Notes: generated by a model not told the origin, from the letters alone. Counted from the first letter of the whole stretch, positions 1 through 11,355 are shown. The stretch is 63,986 bases of DNA, filler included, from Lenisia limosa (GCA_001655205.1; 10 parts of 10 records of this genome joined end to end with filler, not necessarily neighbours in it); one strand, 5' to 3'. Program-made: numbers and translations.

Positions 1-111
1 AGATCTTAAAAGCCCTGTGATAAGTATATCGGCATTCTAATATTGCTCGGAGATAATACAGACTAGTTTTTGTACTGTATAGGATATATACTAAGTATCT
101 TATAAAATAAG

Positions 112-3100
112 TGGAATGAGTAACGCCACCAGGTATTTGCAAGAGCAAATTGAGGTCAAAAACACGCATCACAAGGATGAGGTTGCACAGAAAGGTTTGG
201 GGCGGGTAAGNNNNNNNNNNNNNNNNNNNNNNNNNNNNNNNNNNNNNNNNNNNNNNNNNNNNNNNNNNNNNNNNNNNNNNNNNNNNNNNNNNNNNNNNNN
301 NNNNNNNNNNNNNNNNNNNNTCCATCTTGCGCCTGCGCGACGATTACGACGCCATTTGCACCGCATTGCAGCAGACCAAGACACAGCTCCGGGCTCTGGA
401 GGCAGGCTCTGCTGAGGCCCAGGCAGGATTCAACGAAACATCTGCACGCCACACCCTTGAAATTGCGCGTCTCAGGGTGGGTGATTGCTTACGAATCACC
501 TTTTTTACACCACCAGGACTCGGAAGCATGTCTGTCGGACCAGCTTGAGCGCAAACAGAATGAGCTTGAAATGCGAACTGAAGAGATGACTCAATCACTG
601 CAGCGATCCGAGGAAAAGTGGGTTGCGGAAGTGTCTCATCGGGGCTGCTTAGAGCTAAACTGGGAGAATATATGTAACTATCTCAAAAGAGTTGAATTTG
701 GCTTTTTTTTTATATATATCATACCAATTTTACCGTACGCTGGAGTGATGGGATGCAGTGGTGCTGCAGAAGCGACTGGGCCGGGCTTTGTTNNNNNNNN
801 NNNNNNNNNNNNNNNNNNNNNNNNNNNNNNNNNNNNNNNNNNNNNNNNNNNNNNNNNNNNNNNNNNNNNNNNNNNNNNNNNNNNNNNNNNNNNNNNNNNN
901 NNNNNNNNAGGAACACCACGACACTCTCAGCCGAACGCGCGCCTCCCTGGAGGCTCAGATCGCTCAAATCGAAGACATGCACAAGCAGTTGGCTGGGGAG
1001 GGGGGGACGCTAAACTTGATAAACGCGATTGTCTCTGATGAGCATTTCTGCAGTCATTGTTTCAATCAGGGTGCAATTTCCCCATTATCACTCGCAGACA
1101 TATTTCAAGTCTCACTTCCGACTTTGCGTCACAACGCACAACATTGGCCGATCCCTCCAGCTCCGACGCACTCAAAAAGAAAATCGCCCAGGCTGTGGAA
1201 GCTGAACGGGTTGGGGGGGGGGGGGGNNNNNNNNNNNNNNNNNNNNNNNNNNNNNNNNNNNNNNNNNNNNNNNNNNNNNNNNNNNNNNNNNNNNNNNNNN
1301 NNNNNNNNNNNNNNNNNNNNNNNNNNNNNNNNNNNNNNNNNNNNNNNNNNNNNNNNNNNNNNNNNNNNNNNNNNNNNNNNCATTTTCAGTCGTCTTGGTC
1401 AATTAGACTCACTACTCAATCCGAGCTCTGGACTGATGAAAAAACCGTGGGTGTGGCAGCAAACCCCCCCTCCCCCGATCAATCCAGTCCCTGCAATAAA
1501 CAAACTGAGAGTTTTCATGCACTTTATATGATATGACATCATATGATATGCATTCCAAGAATCCTTACCCTGAGCTTGATTATTCAACTCAATATTATTT
1601 AGGCCCTCCTGGGACGCCTCTCTAGTCTACAGAACGAATGTAACGACCTGAACGCCCGCCTAAATGAATCACGTGCTACTCTGAGAGACACGGAATCTGT
1701 GGGAATCAAACTTAGGAGGGTCACGTGATATTGAATATCATTATACATATCATATATGATGCTTATGTCTGGTCATTCTTTTTTGTACTTATCAAATATG
1801 CTAATTTACCTGCTTTGTTAGAAGAGATAATTAACGCTTCAGACATTCAATAACGACTTGAAGCAGCGAATGGAGATAGAGAAACATCTCAAAACAGAAG
1901 TTGCTGTAAGCACTGAGGGGAGTATTTAAAATATACATTTTTAAAAGGGATTGCCCGATAAACTGGATGTGTCTTCATATTTTCCTTGTCAGGTAATATG
2001 GCAGACTTTGTTTACATGGATTCCTCCTTTATTCCCATTTATTATCTGCAGGCAAAGGAGGTCGCGCTTGAAGCTTGTGAGTCCAAATGCCAGTGTCTCA
2101 AGTTCCGAGTGGAGGTGGGTGTTCCATTTGTCTCCACTCCACGTGCTGTTTCCTCTGTTCAATTTGCTATTCTGGGCCAACAGAACTGGGTGAATTCTCA
2201 TACATAACTTTTGGAAATAATGTTTTTTCACCCTTTTTTTTAAAACCTTTTTTTGTTGATGATGTTTTTTTTATCCCCCCTCCCTCCCTGTAGTCGCTTT
2301 CAAAGGAAGTTGAAGAGTTTGCTGCCACGTTTGACACTCAAAAACGCAGTCACAAAGTGAGGGTGATGAGTGATAAGAATGACTTAGTTGGGATTGATAT
2401 GATATTGTTTGGTTTGAGAAAGGCAGAGAACCCTCTATTTCTTGTTGTAGTAACATAACTCTAAATCTATCTCTTTTTGACATAATAGGACGCTCTTGAA
2501 GATGTCACCTTCCAATTGGAGCAAACTAAGCACTCGGTGAAGGTACGTCTCGTTCTCTTTAAGAAAAATGAAAAAGAACTTTGCACAGTTGTATTAGAGA
2601 TAAATAGTAATACATATTGCATTTATCAGCCTCCCTTCTCATGCTAAAGACCTTGGAAATGACCAAGTCGCGCTTGGAAGCCGACTTAGCTAACGCAAGG
2701 ACTCGTGAGAGAACCGCAGTTGAAATTGCAGTAGAGGAACGTAATGAGCTCGTAGGGGGGGGGGGGCATGTTTCTTTNNNNNNNNNNNNNNNNNNNNNNN
2801 NNNNNNNNNNNNNNNNNNNNNNNNNNNNNNNNNNNNNNNNNNNNNNNNNNNNNNNNNNNNNNNNNNNNNNTCCTCTTTCCTCTTTCTTTTGTTATTTCTT
2901 GACATCAAAACTGTATGATTGTTTTTTTATTATTATTGTTTGTGTTTATACCTTAGATGAATAATCAAATTGAAAAGGAGCAGCAAAAGTCCAAAGAAAG
3001 CGAACAGAACAGTCGTAATAAAATCGCTGCGCTTCAGGTGAAGGAGAGCTAATGTGCTTTGAAAATATCGGGTCGTCCAGTTTAATAACTATTTACCGAG

Positions 3101-6053
3101 AAAATAATATTCATTACCCCGTCACACTTAAGGCCCAACACAAAACACAACTCCAGGCAGCAGAGCTGGACAAGGACTCTGCGATATCTAGACTGCTCAA
3201 TGAGCTTGACGTTTCGAAGGCTCGAGTCCAAGTGGGTTATCCCACATTTTTGAAACTAAATAATGTATCCCGAACCAAGTCTGTCCAAATGTCAGTGTTG
3301 TGCCTGATAAATACTGCATCAAAATACTTCCTAATTTATCCTTGATAACATGATTGTTAGATACTGACTACTCTAGGAACTTGAAGGTGCGGAGGAGGCA
3401 GCCATCGCACTCGAAGAACAAGAAAAAGCTGTGGGAAACGGGGGGAGGGGGGTCATGCATGGGGAGAATGAAATGAATGGTATGCNNNNNNNNNNNNNNN
3501 NNNNNNNNNCACCATGTAGCACGGGTTTCATTCGGTATGTTAGTCATTAGAAGCCCTATTACACTCCTCCAATATTACAGTACATGATGATTCACTATTA
3601 TAGCAACTAGAAGCACAAAAGGCTCGTGAAGCCTCCGACAAGAACGAAAAAGGTCCGTGGACTAAGAACATAAGTATTATAGCAACTTTTGCTGATATTA
3701 CTAAATGAGAGCATCCGAATCGACAACTTATTACATGGGAACCTTATTTTTCGATACAAATGAAGTTGTCTGTATCCTAATCATGTAAAATCAGTGACTG
3801 TGGTAAGTAGTGATCGACAATATCGTTTCCCATTAAGACACCAGCATAACCTTACCGCTTGTTTCCATTTCTTATCCACTAAAGATACTGAAGAATCCCC
3901 TACTTTTAAGGTTGCCGATCTTGCGTCGACCAGACAATTGACTAATGTGGGAGGGAATGTAGCAATTAGAAATAAAAAAAATAAGGTTGTATTTGGCCAA
4001 AGTCGTCCACACCCTCAGGTTTTGCGTGTTATCTTTTGATTACTTATTTCTTTTGGAAAATATGTTATCCCTCATTCCACAATATATTCTGATTTTCATT
4101 GTATGTGATTACATTTTTATTGTAAAGGGAGAAACGTTACCAGATCTGAACGCAGAGGGTCCTTCTCAACGGTTGGGGGTACACGAGGGAAATTTCTCTG
4201 GTAATTAGAATTCAATGGTGTATTTTGGTGATAGTGTTTTCTTGTAATGGTATCATGTGAATTGCAGTGGACTTCAGCATCGCAACGTGTATTTCATATC
4301 ACCATTCAAAATTTATACTCTAGAATATTCAGCAAAACACACGCTCCATATTATTTTCCTTACCCACCCCCCTCCCATTTAGCTATGTGCGGCAGAACAC
4401 GACCCTTCGACGGAAGTTGTCAGCAATGGTGGTGGAAGCGGAGGCTGACCGACTGGAGAAGGACAAGGTGGGGGTAAGAAGTATAATCGTCTTATTGTTG
4501 GAGAGTGCGGAACTAGGTTTTGTTTTCAAGATTTTTTTTCTTTATTTTTTGTATTGCTCATTGACCCTCCAGATGCAACATATCATCAAAACTTTGGAGG
4601 CGAAAGTGGAGGAACGCACAAGATCTCTGCAACTGCTCAGGGTGAGTTTGGGGTGGTAGCGACTATTTTTGAAATATGTACGGATTTTACCATACTCATG
4701 TTATGATAAGGAGACGCCTGGCATCTCATGATAACCGCGTACATATGACATGCCCGTTGTTTTACTCTCCACAGAAGGAAATGGGTCGTACGCAGAGACT
4801 CCTCGAAAAGTCTCGAAACATTGCTGAAGTGGCAGAAGATAAGGTATGGGCGGGGTAGGGGATACTATATGTAACAGTGAGAAATACTAATCGTAGGTAA
4901 TATCTGGCTGAAGCCGTCCACGCCATCGCGCTGATAAGAGATTGGATAAAAATATGCTAATCTTACAACTCTGTGCACATAGCTTTTTTCTGGGTGTTAC
5001 CAAGAGTTTTAAAGATAAATGGTGCTCTCTGAGTATCACAATAAAATGATACTCGCAGCAATAACCTTTTCTATTTGTTTGCTAATCATCGCAAAAGGTC
5101 CGAAAGCTGTCCGAAGACGCACTCAAAGACGCCAATACAGCTGCCAAGGTGTCCCAGGAAGCTACAGCTCGTGCGGCCCAACAGGCCAGGGAATTTGCAA
5201 TCAAGTTGGTTACTCGTTTTGGTTATAAAGCTTATTAGCTGAGTAACAAGCTGAGTATAGTAACCCCTTATGGATTTGGTTTTTATTAAAATAGTTATCT
5301 CCACACCCACTGTTTTCTTTTTTGCATTCGATTTCTTTGACCTGTTCACTTCCATAGCGAAACATCCTCAAAATTGGCGATACTGGAGGAGGAACTCTCA
5401 AATTGCAGAAAGAAAATGGACAAAGTCAACACTGATCTCATTGATAAGGAGGTTGGCTTATTGTGTTTGCTCTTCGTGCTTCTAAATGCTCTTTTTTTCT
5501 CGGAAGATTGTATTTCATTATGCTGTAATGTTTTGTTTTCTTCTGGTTGCTATAAGCCATTGAGCAAAAGTGTTTTTCTGATACATATGTCCGTATTTGT
5601 ACGAAATCTCATTTTGTACCAGACGCAAAACCAAGCCCTTCTCGCGGCTTTGGCGCATGGTCGTCTTGACTTCGAGGGCTACAGCACCAAGATGGAGAGC
5701 CTTCTTGCCGCACTCGAGGCCGATGCTAAGCGGTGCGTTTCCGAGTGGCATCCTTTGCTGTTGTCTTTTGTCTTGTTGAAATGACTTCTTTCAGATGGAA
5801 ATCGGAAGCAGAAACGGCCACACAGTCTGCGTCCGAAGCAAGGTGAGTGTTGTGGAGAGGGTTTTTGTGTTTTGCATGGAATATGAGGACTGTCCTGATA
5901 ATTTTGATGTCGAAAAATAAATACCAATTTTTTCAACGCAGATTTTTTTTTTTTGTTTGTTTTTTAGATGCTTTCAACAGAACACTAGAGTGCACTAACT
6001 CTTCAGAGCCAAACTACTAGAAACTGCATCCCACTTGTCCCTCGCAGATAACG
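112..6053 (+). CDS. Long coiled-coil protein of unknown function; >20 small exons; probably incomplete at both ends
   Basis: Chain of AG/GT-bounded 50-150 nt exons giving helical E/K/Q/L/A-rich peptides, e.g. DSEACLSDQLERKQNELEMRTEEM (514-618), ALLGRLSSLQNECNDLNARLNE (1603-1719), TLEMTKSRLEADLANARTRE (2650-2752), MQHIIKTLEAKVEERTRSLQLLR (4574-4641). No catalytic motif seen. Confidence 0.7.
686..792 (+). repeat. Repeat family R3 (sense-oriented intronic element): tail of one copy followed by the head of the next
   Basis: gagttgaatttggct...ccaattttacc then ctggagtgatgggatgcagtggtgctgcagaagcgactgggccgggctttgtt; matches the copies at 21530, 39998, 46420 and 62322. Confidence 0.75.
3975..4040 (+). 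repeat. Repeat family R2 copy
   Basis: aaaataaggttgtatttggccaaagtcgtccacacc matches the R2 head aacaaggttgtatctggccgaagccgtccacacc. Confidence 0.75.
4898..4990 (+). repeat. Repeat family R2 copy
   Basis: tatctggctgaagccgtccacgccatcgcgctgataagagattggat...acaactctgtgcacatagcttt. Confidence 0.75.
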
Positions 6054-6153
6054 NNNNNNNNNNNNNNNNNNNNNNNNNNNNNNNNNNNNNNNNNNNNTTA
6101 ATTAATTAANNNNNNNNNNNNNNNNNNNNNNNNNNNNNNNNNNNNNNNNNNNN
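6054..6153. other. Artificial scaffold-joining spacer
   Basis: 44 N + TTAATTAATTAA (6098-6109; stops in all six frames) + 44 N. Confidence 0.97.
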
Positions 6154-6952
6154 AATTACTTCGTTGATACATTGTTACTTACTACAGAGACTAAGGAGGT
6201 TGGTGGGCTGGTGGCAAGTTGTTGGTGCAGTGCTTTGCCCCAGAGTTGTAGAATATCGACAGTTTACGAGGAATTATCGAGAAATTCTGTCTTTTTTCGA
6301 ACCGAAGTGAAGCCTAAGTGATTGGTGCAGGTAAAGAATTATTATNNNNNNNNNNNNNNNNNNNNNNNNNNNNNNNNNNNNNNNNNNNNNNNNNNNNNNN
6401 NNNNNNNNNNNNNNNNNNNNNNNNNNNNNNNNNNNNNNNNNNNNNNNNNNNNNNNNNNNNNNNNNNNNNNNNNNNNNNNCCTGCATAAAGAGTCGCAGCA
6501 GAAGTACCTTTTTTGGGAGCATGTTCCTCATATAAAAAGAGCTAAAAATACATCAAAAAAAAAATATACACGAACGTTCTCATTCACCCATTATTGACTC
6601 CTGGAGAAGATCATCAAAATCTCCATCTCGAATCATTTCACATAAAATACCTTAAAATATTAACATTATCACTGTGCAAACATTAACAAAGTCATACAAG
6701 GATACTATATTACAAATAAATATCGATAAGTACCACTAGAAATAATAACATAGTGGGACCAAAAGGGGGGAGTGGTGGAAAGTCGAAAACTTACATAATT
6801 GGCGTATACGTAGCGCCCAGTTCAGTGAAGATGAAATGAAAAAAAAAATATTGTGCAAAGTGAATTTTCAATACATAATTGTCTGAAACTTTTTTTGTAA
6901 TAACTCCTGACATTTGAAATTTGAAAACCCGGTGTGCAAACTGTCTTATAAG

Positions 6953-7046
6953 TAGGGTTTCACTTCACTTCGAGAAATACCGGTAAAATATCGATATCGA
7001 AAATTTATCGAGAAATTGTCTTTTTTCAAACCGAAGTGAAGCCCTA
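6953..7046. mobile_element. hAT-type MITE (family R1) with perfect 8-bp TSD
   Basis: TAGGGTTTCACTT...AAGTGAAGCCCTA terminal inverted repeats flanked on both sides by CTTATAAG (6945-6952 and 7047-7054). Confidence 0.9.
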
Positions 7047-7179
7047 CTTATAAGACTGTGAGAACAATCAATCATTTATCCTCTTGCCGCGGGTAAATAG
7101 ATATGATAAATAGAGAATTATTGATAATAGTCATATTTATATAATATCATACATATCGATATCGATATCAACAGGAAGA

Positions 7180-9183
7180 TATTATCTGACAATTGCCATA
7201 TTCTGTCTGACTGCGACATACTGAAAAATAAAAACGCCTTTATGATCAATGCTATTTTGAATTTTCGTGGACCATGGTCATGGTTTTGAACACAACAAAA
7301 ATATATCAATTAGAGCTTCACTTTCGGTTCCGAAACACGTGTAAAATATCGACATTTATAGAGGATTTATCGAGAATTTTGGAACCGAAAGTGAAGTTCT
7401 ACACTCATATACAATCAAAAAAACAATACCATCCCACAATAGTCACCAACGAGTTCACCATGATGGAATAGAAGAGGAAATGTCTGACACTCATAATGAC
7501 TACAAACCGCTACAATGTAAAATTATATAAATCAGACACAAACATCACAAGAATCCGTTTCATCAAACCTTCAGCAAGGCATGGATTAGCATCAATATCA
7601 ATGGCAGTAAAATCTTCAATTCCAGCAGTGTCAAGCAGATCTTATTAATCAGTATTTCATGAGAAAGAACCTACCACACATTGCCTCTGAAGTTTCTGAG
7701 TTTAGTTTATCCTTTGTTCCATGAAGGAATAAAACCCATTCATCAGAATTGACAACTCTTTTTAATTTTTCAATTGATTGTTTCAAATAAACCTCCCGTC
7801 CCTAAGCAAGAATGTTAACAAATGTCTTGAGAACTATGACACAAACATACCACTTCTAAGCATTCTTTTAATTCTCCTGATTGTGATAGTTCTTTACAGA
7901 TATCTAAACCTGCGACAAACTCATTATTGACGAAGAGCTATATTTGTGATGATAAGAGTAAAATACCTGCGGATAAAATGGCCATTTATTAAATATCTTC
8001 AACCCTTGACGAATTTCTTCATCTTCAAGAACATCATATGTTTTATACGACACTCCAGTGGCATCTATTAACTTACACATCTCTCCACTGTATACTACAT
8101 ATGAGAAACAACTGGATAAAGGTCCTACCACAACGTGGAGCTTGAGGGTTACCCTTCATAAACAACATAATACTGGATCCCTAACAGTGTGAATATGGGT
8201 CACATACAGTTGACCGATTTGCTATGTGATTTCCCAAGGACAATAGATCAAGAGTAATCCCGGTCACTGGATACTTACTTTGATCAAATTGGAGATCCGA
8301 AGATTAAGATCTTCACCGACAGTTGGTGCAGTGAGAAGACGTGTCAGCATTTCTACCAGTTTTTTTGGATCCGCCCCTTCCAATTTTCCAACAATACGAC
8401 CAGCCTAAATGTCATGTCAGTCTAGAGGTTCCCTACGGTCCCAAAAAAAGACCGAATATCGATAAATCCTCGATAAATATCATTTTTAAACGGTCTTTTT
8501 CGGACCACAGGGAAACCCTACATGGCACTATTATTGCCACCTCATACTCTAAATGCAACAAAAGTTGGAACTGAACGTAAAAATACGGCCTCACATAAGG
8601 CGGGATGCTTCTCTGCCTCGACCTTAAACGATGACAAATATGTTAAAAATGGAACCTAAAACGATGACAAAAGATGTTTTGTGAAGTATGGGAACAGTTA
8701 AATTGCTGTTCTCATGGAGTAAAAATATTGTTAAAAATGGAACACCTAATTAGAAAAGAATGGAGATGACGGTAGGGAAAAGCTGAGAATTTGGAGTATC
8801 GAGAAATCTTGAACCAGAACATACCATCCCAAACGAGACCGTAGGAAATTCTTTGCACAAATCTACATAAAATTGATTCATGCGCTCGCACGGGACCGAC
8901 CAAGATGCCCTGAGGAGTCAAACAAAGAGAACTTGAACAAAGAGAACTTGAACAAAGAGAAATTTATCAATATCTAACAGCGAAAATTTAATATTCCCAA
9001 GAGAACCCAGAAAATACACTAAACTAAAAATAAAAAATACACTAAACAAGAACAACCCAAGAGAACCAACCAAAAGTTAAAAATAACGAGCCCTCGACCC
9101 TTGAGAAAAAGAGTGGAATAAAAGTCTTCATGAATTTCAATGACGAAGGGCTTGGGTACTACTGTAGCTGGCAAATGGTTCAT
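7180..9183 (-). CDS. GLRX3: Glutaredoxin-3/PICOT-like multidomain monothiol glutaredoxin (Trx-Grx-degenerate Grx)
   Basis: Spliced exons give IFNFWASWSVPCERMNQ..VEAEKHPALCEAVFLRSVPTFVAFR..KLEGADP..EDLNLRISNLIKGSSIMLFMKGNPQAPRC(V)YSGEMCKLIDATGVSYKTYDVLEDEEIRQGLKIFNKWPFYPQLFVNNEFVAGLDICKEL, then a second Grx-like unit (WVLFLHGT..TFPLLFHHGELVGDY). Start and stop positions are approximate. Confidence 0.85.
7311..7401. mobile_element. R1 MITE copy (in GLRX3 intron)
   Basis: tagagcttcactttcggttcc...ggaaccgaaagtgaagttcta inverted ends. Confidence 0.8.
8423..8520. mobile_element. R1 MITE variant subfamily (ccctacgg-type ends)
   Basis: tagaggttccctacggtcccaaaaaaagac..atcgataaatcctcgataaat..cggaccacagggaaacccta. 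Confidence 0.75.
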
Positions 9184-9549
9184 ACTGCCACCCAGAGTGG
9201 TCTGCACAAGTTGAAGGTAGACAAATTAATATTTCTTTTTGCGTGCTATGAGGCTGAGGTAGTAGGAGTAGAAGACATGAGGAAAGGAACGCGCACAACA
9301 CAAATACACAAACGCTGACTGTAACAAAGGAACACGGGAATATTAAAGGGGGTAAACAACAAGAGGACAAGAAGAGAAAGGGTCAAGGGCAAGTGGGGGG
9401 GGGGGGNNNNNNNNNNNNNNNNNNNNNNNNNNNNNNNNNNNNNNNNNNNNNNNNNNNNNNNNNNNNNNNNNNNNNNNNNNNNNNNNNNNNNNNNNNNNNN
9501 NNNNNNNGCCCAAAAAAACGAACAAATAAAAAACAGAGAAAATTGTGTT

Positions 9550-11250
9550 AGGGCAGCATCGGAGGAATTATGCCCTGTACCGGGCGGGATTCCGTGTTTC
9601 ATCCGAAACTGGGAGATTTTCGCTGTCTGTAACTCCGTGCAGGCAGGAATGAAATAGTATTGCTCAAATGTTCAAAATGATGACGTAAAAACGTAAAATT
9701 ACGGGAAGAGGGTTCTTCTGTCTTCTGTCCTTGCACCCTTAGCCTTGCACCTTCCCAAGTACCGAGCTGTTCTGAGCCTGTTGTTCTGGGCCTACTGATC
9801 ACCAAAATAATCGTAAGATGGGAGAGATTCTGAGTTTGATTATTTCCCTAACTCGATATAGCATAACTCAATGATTGGGACTAGGAGTTTAGGATTGAGT
9901 ATGTATACAGTGACCGGGATAAGTCTTGACCTATTTGCTATAAGATGGAATTATGGAAGCTAAAGTTATTTCTGGGATTCGTGTTTTTCATGGGCATCCA
10001 TTTGACTTTTGCCATTATTTCTCAGTATTCTTGATACATTAACTAAACCAGCAAACATGAAAATTAGAACAACGTAAAAACTTTTAGGGGTAGTTCTTTC
10101 CAGTTCTCAGCATGGAATTATGGAAGTAGGATTCCCAAATACTAATCCTTGTCTACTGTTCTATGTCTTTTATAAAGAAATGAGAATTATAAACAAGGTT
10201 ATATTGGCCGAAGCCGTCTACACCATTACGCTTATAAGAGATATTGATTATCGTGTCTGGCCGAAGCCGTCCACNNNNNNNNNNNNNNNNNNNNNNNNNN
10301 NNNNNNNNNCCTCCCTCTGGCTTGAAATGGTTGGTTGTTTTTTATCCCAATGACACACGCTGAATTTCTTTGTTTGATGTCGCAATTGACATACCCTTGA
10401 ACAAGATCACTATCACCATAGACATAATAACCCAATATACAGTGACCGGGATAAGTCTTGACCGATTCTCCTTGGGCAAATTGGTAAGGCTTACCGCTGT
10501 CATTGTATATCTCGGTCAAGACTTCGACACAGTGATATGGATTAAATACAATCTTAAAATATTCCATTTTTACTTTACCAGGATTTTGAAGCTGTGTTTT
10601 CTGGATGCTCAGCTCTTCTTAAGTTTTTGGTTCCGGCGTCGTCTCAGTCTTTACACCGGGAGGTAGGTGACATGTGTAAGGCTTCACTTCGGTTCGAAAA
10701 ATATTGGTAAAATATCGATAGATTTCGAGGATTTATTGAGAAATTCAGTCTTTTTTCGAACCTTAGTGAAACCCTGTCATTCAGAGCTTTACTCCTATCC
10801 GAAAAAAAATATCGGCAGAGTTGTTAGGCAAATGTTTGGGTGAATTAATATGGTGGCACGGAGAAAGCTGTGTGGGCTAGTTTTGGTAAGCAGAACTGGC
10901 GATGCGGGATGAACCGAACGTTGAGTTACGGTGCCAAACTACACGCTCACGTAGAACCCAGAAAAGGTGTTGATTGATTTTGACAGTGCACAGAGTTGTA
11001 TGGCAAATGATTGGGTGAATTAATAATACTTATACTATAATTCAATATCTCTTTATATTCCCATGTTTGTTTTACTTGGTTCTATTTTTTGTTTGTTGGG
11101 AGTTTGAAATTATTGGGTTCGTGATCAGTGTCTTCACTCATGTATTTATTGCTCTATTTCATACCACCCCCAGGTTCATTTATCTCCGCCTTTGTGCTCA
11201 ATTGCTGAGACTCTGGACATGACCCCCCATGATCTTACTCAGGTTGGGGA
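9550..11250 (+). CDS. Unassigned gene fragments (putative exons)
   Basis: AG/GT-bounded open segments DFEAVFSGCSALLKFLVPASSQSLHRE (~10582-10662) and VHLSPPLCSIAETLDMTPHDLTQ (~11174-11242); no family recognised. Confidence 0.35.
10190..10274 (+). repeat. Repeat family R2, tandem head copies
   Basis: aaacaaggttatattggccgaagccgtctacaccattacgcttataagagatattg followed by a second tctggccgaagccgtccac. Confidence 0.8.
10440..10505. mobile_element. Tc1/mariner-type miniature element (family R4), TA-flanked
   Basis: TA|CAGTGACCGGGATAAGTCTT ... AAGGCTTACCGCTGTCATTG|TA imperfect TIRs. Related TIRs at ~8250-8270, ~9907-9930, ~13865-13892 and ~54041-54121. Confidence 0.65.
10677..10776. mobile_element. 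R1 MITE copy
   Basis: taaggcttcacttcggttcgaaaa...ttttttcgaaccttagtgaaaccctg. Confidence 0.85.
10815..11053 (-). repeat. Repeat family R2 tandem (reverse orientation) interrupted by an rRNA fragment
   Basis: cagagttgttaggcaaatgtttgggtgaattaata..gaaagctgtgtg [insert] tgcacagagttgtatggcaaatgattgggtgaattaataatacttatactataattcaatatctc. Confidence 0.8.
10874..10986 (+). rRNA. Isolated 113-bp fragment of eukaryotic LSU (28S/25S) rRNA; pseudogenic insert, not a functional rDNA unit
   Basis: ttttggtaagcagaactggcgatgcgggatgaaccgaacg...ggtgcc...acacgctca...aaaaggtgtt...gacag matches the conserved eukaryotic LSU segment TTTTGGTAAGCAGAACTGGCGATGCGGGATGAACCGAACG, recognised from memory of the conserved core. 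Confidence 0.9.
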
Positions 11251-11259
11251 TTGATAAGT

Positions 11260-11351
11260 CGGGCTTTCCTTCGGTCCGAAGATGCCGTTATAATATCGAT
11301 ACAGAATTGATCAACAAACCCAGTCTTTTTTGGTACCGTAGGGAAGCTCTA
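11260..11351. mobile_element. R1 MITE variant copy
   Basis: gggctttccttcggtccgaag..tatcgat..cagtcttttttggtaccgtagggaagctct. Confidence 0.7.
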
Positions 11352-11355
11352 TAAG

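Noticed and set aside
10874-10986. A functional rDNA locus
   Set aside because: Only 113 bp of LSU with repeat sequence on both sides; no SSU, 5.8S, ITS or further LSU sequence.
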